This document shows, piece after piece, positions 57,104 to 64,000 of a DNA stretch of 64,000 nt (the first letter of the stretch is position 1; every line of letters starts with the position of its first letter). Position numbers and translations under genes: made by a program. The notes under the pieces are model-generated. The model was not told where the DNA came from, searched no databases, and saw nothing but the letters and a program-made list of their open reading frames with translations. Origin of the DNA: a virus (taxonomy: Duplodnaviria; Caudoviricetes); the IMG/VR virus record IMGVR_UViG_3300031088_000782, positions 64,001-128,000 of that record; one strand, given 5' to 3'.

Positions 57104-59281
57104 ATGTCATCACCAAACGATGCTTTAGAATACACAGGCAATACAGAAACAACAGAATTAGATTATCACGCACTCAATGCACAGGTCAATCTCGTAGGTG
57201 CGGATGGCAAACTGCAATTAGAATCAGATAAAGAAGCAACACGACAGTTTTTTCTTCAGCATGTCAACCAAAACACCGTGTATTTTCATGACCTTGAAGA
57301 AAAATTAGAATATCTCGTAGACAATGGATACTATGAGGAAGACGTTGTTGAACAATACGCTTTCGAATTTGTCAAATCATTGTTCAAAAGAGCATACTCC
57401 TATAAATTCCGATTCCAAAGCTTCTTGGGTGCTTTTAAATACTACTCATCTTACACACTGAAAACTTTCGATGGGAAACGCTATCTTGAAAGATTCGAAG
57501 ATCGTGTGACAATGACAGCACTCTACCTTGCAAGAGGAAACGAAAAAGATGCTGAAAAAATTCTTGACGAAATCATTTCAGGTCGATTCCAACCCGCAAC
57601 TCCAACATTCCTCAATGCTGGAAAAGCACAACGTGGAGAATTGGTCAGCTGCTTCCTGCTTAATGTAGAAGATAATATGGAATCAATCGCAAGAAGCATC
57701 ACAAACTCACTGCAACTCTCAAAACGTGGTGGCGGCGTGGCTCTCAACTTGACAAACATTCGTGAACAAGGAGCACCAATCAAGAAGATTCAAAATCAAT
57801 CATCAGGCATCGTTCCTGTTATGAAAATGCTTGAAGATGCGTTTAGTTATGCAAACCAGCTGGGCGCGCGACAGGGAGCCGGTGCTGTATATTTGAATGC
57901 TCATCACCCTGATATTATGCAATTTCTTGACACAAAACGAGAAAATGCGGATGAGAAGATTCGTATTAAAACTCTCTCTCTTGGAGTCGTTGTTCCAGAC
58001 ATAACTTTCCAACTAGCCAAAAAGGGTGAAGATATGTATCTCTTCTCCCCATATGATGTTGAGCGAGTTTACGGAAAACCTTACTCTGACATCAGTATCA
58101 CAGATAAATACTACGAGATGCTTGATGACAAGAGAATTCGTAAGACAAAGATAAAAGCAAGAAGCTTCTTCCAAACTCTTGCAGAAGTTCAGTTCGAATC
58201 AGGATACCCATATATCATGTTCGAAGATACTGTTAACAGGGCAAATCCGATTGATGGAAAAGTTAAAATGTCGAATCTTTGTTCAGAAATTCTCCAAGTT
58301 TCAGAACCAGCAACATTCAAAGAAGATGGAACCTATGAAAATGTTGGTCGAGACATCTCTTGTAACCTTGGATCTTTGAACATTGCTAATGCTTTCGATT
58401 CACCAGATTTCGGTCTGACAATCGAAACAGCAATCCGTTCATTGACAGCAGTTTCAGACTTGTCAAACATTTCATCAGTTCCCTCAATTGAAAACGGTAA
58501 CAATCTTTCACATGCAATTGGTCTTGGACAGATGAACTTGCATGGATTCTTGGCACGAGAGCACATCCACTATGATTCTCCAGAAGCAGTAGATTTCACA
58601 AATCTCTATTTCTACGCTGTTGCATATGCAGGGATCAAAGCCTCTAACAAGATCGCTAAAGAACGTGGAGAAAAATTCTACGGATTTGAAAAATCAGCAT
58701 ATGCAAATGGCGAATTCTTTGAAAAATACATTGAAAAAGATTGGACTGTTGCTAAAACTGAAAAGGTAGCAAACTTAATTCACCGTTCCTCAATTTATTT
58801 GCCAACACAAGAAGATTGGGTAAAACTTGCGGAAGATGTTAAAGAATATGGATTGTATAATGCGTATCTTTTCGCTGTGCCTCCGACTGGCAGCATTTCG
58901 TATATAAATAATTCAACAAGTTCCATTCATCCAATTGCGGCACCTATTGAAGCACGTAAAGAAGGAAAAATTGGTCGAGTTTATTACCCTGCACCATATT
59001 TGAGTGATGATACTCTTCCTTACTACCGTGATGCTTATAAGGTTGGTCCAGAGGCAATTATTGATGTATATGCAGCGGCAACTCAGCATACCGATCAAGG
59101 GCTTTCTCTTACCTTGTTCTATCCTGACACTGCAACAACGAAAGATTTGAATAAGTCCTATATTTATGCATGGACAAGAGGAGTTAAAACTCTTTACTAC
59201 CTCCGACTTAAAAACTCTTCTCTTTCTGAGACTACTGTGGAAGGTTTAGCCAACGATTTTTGTGAATCTTGCCAGCTTTGA
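57104..59281 (+). CDS. nrdE: Class Ib ribonucleotide reductase alpha subunit
   Basis: [55 protein letters not shown]-terminal CESC; uninterrupted. Confidence 0.97.
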   Translation: MSSPNDALEYTGNTETTELDYHALNAQVNLVGADGKLQLESDKEATRQFFLQHVNQNTVYFHDLEEKLEYLVDNGYYEEDVVEQYAFEFVKSLFKRAYSYKFRFQSFLGAFKYYSSYTLKTFDGKRYLERFEDRVTMTALYLARGNEKDAEKILDEIISGRFQPATPTFLNAGKAQRGELVSCFLLNVEDNMESIARSITNSLQLSKRGGGVALNLTNIREQGAPIKKIQNQSSGIVPVMKMLEDAFSYANQLGARQGAGAVYLNAHHPDIMQFLDTKRENADEKIRIKTLSLGVVVPDITFQLAKKGEDMYLFSPYDVERVYGKPYSDISITDKYYEMLDDKRIRKTKIKARSFFQTLAEVQFESGYPYIMFEDTVNRANPIDGKVKMSNLCSEILQVSEPATFKEDGTYENVGRDISCNLGSLNIANAFDSPDFGLTIETAIRSLTAVSDLSNISSVPSIENGNNLSHAIGLGQMNLHGFLAREHIHYDSPEAVDFTNLYFYAVAYAGIKASNKIAKERGEKFYGFEKSAYANGEFFEKYIEKDWTVAKTEKVANLIHRSSIYLPTQEDWVKLAEDVKEYGLYNAYLFAVPPTGSISYINNSTSSIHPIAAPIEARKEGKIGRVYYPAPYLSDDTLPYYRDAYKVGPEAIIDVYAAATQHTDQGLSLTLFYPDTATTKDLNKSYIYAWTRGVKTLYYLRLKNSSLSETTVEGLANDFCESCQL

Positions 59282-59312
59282 CAAAAATAGAGAAAAATTA
59301 TAATTAAATACT

Positions 59313-59369
59313 AAAACAAAATAAACACTACTGAAATGTTATTTAATTCAGTAGTGTTTATTTTGTTTT
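59313..59369 (+). terminator. Long terminator-like hairpin
   Basis: 23-bp perfect stem. Confidence 0.85.
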
Positions 59370-59371
59370 TT

Positions 59372-59380
59372 GATATAATA
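59372..59380 (+). promoter_or_regulatory. GATATAAT motif (also an extended -10)
   Basis: 44 nt before ATG 59416; same TTGATATAATAAGAT as at about 23873. Confidence 0.65.
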
Positions 59381-59415
59381 AGATTAAGGAATATTTTTTA
59401 AAGGATGGATAAAAC

Positions 59416-61122
59416 ATGACTGAAAAGAAAATGTTGAATAATTATCCAGAATTAATTTCAGAATGGGATTGGGTTAAAAATCAAAAATTAAATGTTGATG
59501 AACTTTCTTGCGGAAGCAACAAAATAGCTTGGTGGATATGCCAAAAAGGACATTCTTATGATTCAAAAATTTCGACAAGATTTAAAACTAAAGGATGTCC
59601 ATATTGCTCTAACCAAAGAATATTAGCTGGATATAATGATTTTGAAAGCCAGCAATCGGATCTTATGAAATTTTGGAATTTTTCAAAAAATACAGTAAGT
59701 CCTAAAGAAATTAGTCCAAGAAGTGGCAAAAAAGTTTGGTGGATTTGCGAAAGAGGACACGAATATCAAAGTTCACCTCATTTAGTATCCACAGGAAGAA
59801 AATGTTTGTACTGTTCAAATAAAAAAGTATTAACTGGATTCAATGATATATTAACAGTCAATCCTCTTTTACTAAATAGGTGGTCTGATCGTAATTCTCT
59901 ACCAATAACTGAATATCTTGCTGGAAGCAACAAAAAAGTTTGGTGGATTTGCAAAAAAGAGCATGAATTTGAAGCACCAATTAGAAATATGGTAAAAAAT
60001 CCTGACATTTGCGCTATTTGTTCAGGGAAAAAAGCCCTTTCTGGTTTTAACGATCTTTCTACTATAAGACCAGAGCTTTTGGAGTTCTGGGATTTTAAAA
60101 AGAACAAATATTTACCTTCAGAAGTAACAATTGGTAAATCCTCTGACAAGACTTACTTTATTTGCAAGAATAAACATTCTTTTTCTATGACTCTTGCTGA
60201 TATCAATCAAGGTAAATGGTGCTTACAATGCTCTATTGATTCTTATGTTTCAAAACCAGAAAAAGAAATTTATGAATTTTTAAAAAGTTTATTTAATGTA
60301 AACATAGAGCAATCAAGCAGATCAATCATCTCTCCTTACGAACTTGACATATATTTACCTGATTTTCAAATAGCTATTGAATTCAATGGGTTATTTTGGC
60401 ATAATGAAAAATATATGAAAATGACAAATAAAAAAAATATACAATATTACCATTTCAATAAATGGAATATGTGTAGAAAACAGGGGATTCAGCTTATCAC
60501 TGTTTGGGAGGATGATTGGCGAGATAATAGAGATGTTGTCAAAAGCATGATTGCTCATAAACTGAATTTTTCAAGTAATGCAAAAATTTATGCAAGGAAA
60601 ACTGTTGTTGAAAAAATTTCGGCAAGTGCTGCAAAAACTTTCCTCAATTCATATCATATTCAAGGATTCAAAAATGGGTGTGCGAACATTGCTTTGAAGT
60701 CTCTTGATGGAGAAATTGTCGCTGTGTCTCAATTATCTTTCAATAAGGGAGAATGTTCTATTGAAAGATATGCCACTTCGTGTAATGTTCCTGGTGGATT
60801 CACTAAAATTGTAAAATATATTGAGAAAACATATTCTGAAATTGGTTCTATTTCAACGTTTTCTGATAATGAAGTTAGTGATGGTGGTTTGTATTCGAAT
60901 AATGGCTTTGAAGTTGATTATTTTGTCCGACCTGATTATAAATACATTTATGAGAACAAACGTTTTCATAAATTCAATTTCAGAAAAATTCGTTTTGAAA
61001 AGGATCCTGAATTGTTATTTGAAAAAGATTTGACGGAAAATCAATTGGCTGATTTGAACAATATCCCCCGCATATGGGATTCAGGAAAAACGAAGTATAT
61101 AAAGAAACTCAATAGAGAATGA
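59416..61122 (+). CDS. Hef-like putative homing endonuclease with 4 zinc-ribbon repeats
   Basis: Four DUF4379-like repeats, ELDIYLP...EFNGLFWH, ERYATS...GGFTK, WDSGKTKY. Confidence 0.8.
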   Translation: MTEKKMLNNYPELISEWDWVKNQKLNVDELSCGSNKIAWWICQKGHSYDSKISTRFKTKGCPYCSNQRILAGYNDFESQQSDLMKFWNFSKNTVSPKEISPRSGKKVWWICERGHEYQSSPHLVSTGRKCLYCSNKKVLTGFNDILTVNPLLLNRWSDRNSLPITEYLAGSNKKVWWICKKEHEFEAPIRNMVKNPDICAICSGKKALSGFNDLSTIRPELLEFWDFKKNKYLPSEVTIGKSSDKTYFICKNKHSFSMTLADINQGKWCLQCSIDSYVSKPEKEIYEFLKSLFNVNIEQSSRSIISPYELDIYLPDFQIAIEFNGLFWHNEKYMKMTNKKNIQYYHFNKWNMCRKQGIQLITVWEDDWRDNRDVVKSMIAHKLNFSSNAKIYARKTVVEKISASAAKTFLNSYHIQGFKNGCANIALKSLDGEIVAVSQLSFNKGECSIERYATSCNVPGGFTKIVKYIEKTYSEIGSISTFSDNEVSDGGLYSNNGFEVDYFVRPDYKYIYENKRFHKFNFRKIRFEKDPELLFEKDLTENQLADLNNIPRIWDSGKTKYIKKLNRE

Positions 61123-61158
61123 ATTGTCTAATTTGTTAAAATAATTATAAATTAATTA

Positions 61159-63096
61159 TTGAATAAGAGGAGGGTTATTGTGGCTGAGAAAAAATCATTG
61201 AGCGATCATCCTTCTCTTTTGTTTGAATGGGATTATGAGAAAAATAAAAATCTTAGTCCTTCGCTTGACAAGTTTTCTGGCCGGACAAAACTTTGGTGGA
61301 AATGCAAAAAGGGACATTCTTGGGATGCTATTCTGACAAACAGGATTAATGGCTCTGGTTGTCCTTTCTGTGCTGGAAAGAGAATTCTTAAAGGTTTTAA
61401 TGATGTTTTGACTCTTAATCCAGATTTGGTCAATAATGAGTGGGATTTTGACAAAAACACCCTGTGCCCTTCTGAAATTGGATTGAACAGTTCCAAAAAA
61501 GTTTGGTGGAAATGCTTGAATTCAGATCATTCTTATGAGTCTACTACTGCTTCTCGAAAACGTGGTCGCGGTTGCCCTTATTGTACTAATAAAAAAGTCC
61601 TTATTGGATTCAATGATTTCGCTTCTCAATCTTCTGAGTTGCTGTCAGAATGGGATTTTAGCAAAAACAAAATAGATCCTACTGAAATAACTTCTGGCTC
61701 AGATAAAGCTGTTTGGTGGGTGTGCGCTAATAGTCATTCCTATAATATGTCCGCCTATAAACGCTCTATTGGCAGAGGATGCCCTGTCTGTGCTGGAAAG
61801 ACAGTTATTTTTGAAACTTCTGTAAAAGGTGACTCTCATATGTCTGAATTGTGGGATTATGAGAAGAACAGTGTTGATCCTGAATTAATATCCACAGGAA
61901 GCAATAAATTATGTTGGTGGATCGGTAAAGACTGCGGACACAGGTTTGAAAAAAGCCCTAAATTTATCAAAAACGGGTCTGAATGCCCATATTGTGCCTC
62001 TGCGAATCCACAAGTTTTAAAAGGATTTAACGATCTTCAAACTAAAGCTCCGCACTTAGTTAGGGAATGGAGTAAAAAGAACTTGTTATCCCCTTCGGAT
62101 TTCATTGCCGGATCAAAGAAAAAAGTATGGTGGGTATGTAATAAAGGACATGAATGGGAAACAGCTATCGAATATCGCTATAAAAGCCTTTCATCTTGCC
62201 CTAAATGCTCAATGAAAGGAACCTCAAAAACAGAAAAAGAAGTACAGAATTTTGTTGAGCATATTATTTCCGATAATTCTCAAATAGTTTTTAATTCTTA
62301 TCAAATAATTCCTCCACAAGAGCTTGATATTTATATTCCGTCTAAAAATATTGCGATTGAATTCAACGGGTTATATTGGCATAGCGAAATGGCAGGTAAA
62401 GATAAAAATTACCACTATGATAAATGGAAAAAGTGTCAAGATCAGGGAATACAGCTTATAACCATATGGGAAGATGACTGGAAAAACAATCGCTTAATAG
62501 TAGAATCAATGCTTAAACACAAGCTGATTTTAAGTGATACTGATAAAATTTATGCAAGAAAATCATTTTTTAAAGAAATATCTTATGTTGATGCTGAATC
62601 TTTTCTTAACAAACATCATATTCAAAAATATAAAGGTATGACTAAAAACTTTGGATTATTTGATACCCATAAAAAAGAGTTAATTGCAGTTATGTCATTT
62701 TCCAGCAAAAACAACATTTTAAGCTTAGAGCGTTATGCTACATCTGTGAATGTTGTTGGTGGATTTTCAAAAATGTTAAAGAATTCAATTAAATATTTTA
62801 AAAATAACAATCCAAATATTGATACTGTTGTAACTTTTTCTGATCATGAAGTTAGTGATGGTGAATTGTATAAGAAAAATGGGTTTGAAGTTGACTACTT
62901 GATTGATCCTGATTATAAATATATTTACAAAAATCAGCGATTTCATAAATTCAGTTTTAGGAAAATTCGATTTGAAAAAGATTCTGAATTAATATTTAAA
63001 AAAGAAATGACGGAAAAAGAATTAGCAGACCTTAATGGAATTTTTCGTATTTGGGATTCAGGAAAAACAAAGTATATAAAAATGTTAGATGCATAA
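61159..63096 (+). CDS. Hef-like putative homing endonuclease with 5 zinc-ribbon repeats
   Basis: Same architecture; likely start GTG 61180 (GAGGAGG RBS). Confidence 0.8.
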   Translation: MNKRRVIVAEKKSLSDHPSLLFEWDYEKNKNLSPSLDKFSGRTKLWWKCKKGHSWDAILTNRINGSGCPFCAGKRILKGFNDVLTLNPDLVNNEWDFDKNTLCPSEIGLNSSKKVWWKCLNSDHSYESTTASRKRGRGCPYCTNKKVLIGFNDFASQSSELLSEWDFSKNKIDPTEITSGSDKAVWWVCANSHSYNMSAYKRSIGRGCPVCAGKTVIFETSVKGDSHMSELWDYEKNSVDPELISTGSNKLCWWIGKDCGHRFEKSPKFIKNGSECPYCASANPQVLKGFNDLQTKAPHLVREWSKKNLLSPSDFIAGSKKKVWWVCNKGHEWETAIEYRYKSLSSCPKCSMKGTSKTEKEVQNFVEHIISDNSQIVFNSYQIIPPQELDIYIPSKNIAIEFNGLYWHSEMAGKDKNYHYDKWKKCQDQGIQLITIWEDDWKNNRLIVESMLKHKLILSDTDKIYARKSFFKEISYVDAESFLNKHHIQKYKGMTKNFGLFDTHKKELIAVMSFSSKNNILSLERYATSVNVVGGFSKMLKNSIKYFKNNNPNIDTVVTFSDHEVSDGELYKKNGFEVDYLIDPDYKYIYKNQRFHKFSFRKIRFEKDSELIFKKEMTEKELADLNGIFRIWDSGKTKYIKMLDA

Positions 63097-63319
63097 ATTG
63101 ATTGAACTCATTCTTAATCAATTTTGATAAGATATGAAATGTAGGTAATGTGTACAGGATGCTTTTTGCTGACATTAAAGTTGTTTTCAATGCGGTGATA
63201 TTCAAAATGAGTTTTTTGAAAAATCTTTTTGAAAACGATTGAAATAGTGCTGAAAAAGTGGCTTGTAATCTAATGTTTTTAGGGTGCGTTACAGAATAGA
63301 TTTTAAGAAATATTAAACA

Positions 63320-63796
63320 ATGCAAAAAGGGAGTTTTATGAGCGAGGATAACGAGTTTTCTGATATGAGGTCTGCTGATGATGTACCCTCCTATAGCGTT
63401 CCTCAATTTAAAAACGCTCAGTCTGATCGATTTTATGATTATGAAACAAATATTTTCGATTATGAACATTTAGATGATTTAAACATGGCTATAAAAAATG
63501 CACGTTTGGCTTTGTTTGAAATTACAGATAAAATTAATGAAGCTGAACGTAAAGAGAAACATTGTAAGGTCAAATACGAAAGAGAACACCGTAGAGCTTA
63601 TTTGAAAGCAACACAAAAGACAGAAAAAGACAGAAAAGCTTATGCTGATCTGCAATGTGAGGATCTTGAGGATAATGCAATAGTCTATGAACAGGTTAGA
63701 ATTGATTTGATACGCATTAGTAATTCTATTCGTTTAGAACTTCAAACATTACAGGCTCTTGGAAATAACATCAGACAACAAATGAAGATGGAGTGA
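63320..63796 (+). CDS. Coiled-coil hypothetical protein
   Basis: Helical; likely start ATG 63338 (GGGAG RBS). Confidence 0.7.
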   Translation: MQKGSFMSEDNEFSDMRSADDVPSYSVPQFKNAQSDRFYDYETNIFDYEHLDDLNMAIKNARLALFEITDKINEAERKEKHCKVKYEREHRRAYLKATQKTEKDRKAYADLQCEDLEDNAIVYEQVRIDLIRISNSIRLELQTLQALGNNIRQQMKME

Positions 63797-63800
63797 GACT

Positions 63801-64000
63801 GTGGCCGACCTTGCAACGAAAGATTTAACAAAAAGATTGACTAAACTTGGATCAATCTTCCTGATCGCTATAATTATTCTTTCTATCAGTGTTGTTGCTA
63901 CTTTATTGATTCAGAGAGTTTCTATTTTTGCTATTGCGGGATCTTCTATGGAGCCTACTTTGACAGATAGACAAACTGTTATTCTTAAACAATCGAAAAC
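63801..64000 (+). CDS. lepB: Signal peptidase I (partial, runs off the window)
   Basis: GTG start, GGAG RBS, TM helix, then AGSSMEPTL catalytic-Ser motif; absent from the ORF track. Confidence 0.85.
   Translation, partial: MADLATKDLTKRLTKLGSIFLIAIIILSISVVATLLIQRVSIFAIAGSSMEPTLTDRQTVILKQSK

Noticed and set aside
58192-58200. GTTCGAATC T-loop-like tRNA motif
   Set aside because: It lies inside nrdE coding sequence (QFES), with no cloverleaf around it.
57104-59281. Intron or intein in nrdE
   Set aside because: The ORF is continuous, of normal length, and has all catalytic motifs.
24972-63096. CRISPR array or DNA tandem repeats
   Set aside because: The repeats are protein-level zinc-ribbon units with divergent DNA; there is no identical repeat-spacer pattern and no cas gene.
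808-63469. Many short antisense or out-of-frame ORFs in the track (e.g. 3891-4115, 8984-9481, 14711-15070, 26676-27092, 34455-34712, 57013-57231, 63032-63469)
   Set aside because: They overlap well-supported genes, lack RBS or domains, and read as shadow frames.
1-64000. IntC plus C-extein of the split FtsK inside this window
   Set aside because: No ORF begins with block F/G followed by an ATPase remainder; the only HN ends found belong to the two cis inteins.
1-64000. Prophage, IS element or integrase
   Set aside because: No capsid, portal, terminase, tail, transposase or integrase motifs were recognised; the IstB-like ATPase has no IstA partner and sits beside dnaB.

Overview
AT-rich window (roughly one-third GC by eye), densely coding, with nearly every gene on the + strand. 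It looks like part of a very large actinobacterial extrachromosomal element, most likely a conjugative megaplasmid; a jumbo phage is not excluded, but I recognise no virion genes. (1) About 0-23 kb: sigma-70-like factor, two HU-like proteins, a GNAT, two large VirB6/TcpH-like membrane paralogs, a DivIVA-like protein, secreted/membrane proteins, SSB and the N-terminal part of an FtsK-like ATPase. (2) About 24-35 kb: accessory block with two Vsr-like homing-endonuclease genes, an orphan RHS toxin tip plus putative immunity gene, a degenerate FtsK-like domain, a free-standing intein fragment, YccA/BI-1, a ParB-like protein and an HNH nuclease. (3) About 35-64 kb: DsbA, vWA-metallopeptidase, RecA, MoxR AAA, DnaB with a class 3 intein, DnaC-like loader, class A PBP, DnaN, A24 peptidase, Clp-like ATPase, RecG, NrdE, two more zinc-ribbon endonucleases and a signal peptidase I. 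Most striking: the FtsK-like gene stops 15 residues into a second intein, right after its Walker A GK. A stand-alone ORF about 8 kb downstream encodes what looks like the middle of that intein, running from the atypical S1 split point to the canonical split point and lacking both termini. This suggests a natural three-piece split intein whose C-piece lies outside the window. There is also a recurrent GATAT(T/A) motif 38-55 nt upstream of 13 genes, a candidate promoter for the element's own sigma factor. No rRNA, tRNA or CRISPR array was recognised. All family assignments come from motif recognition by eye, not database searches.
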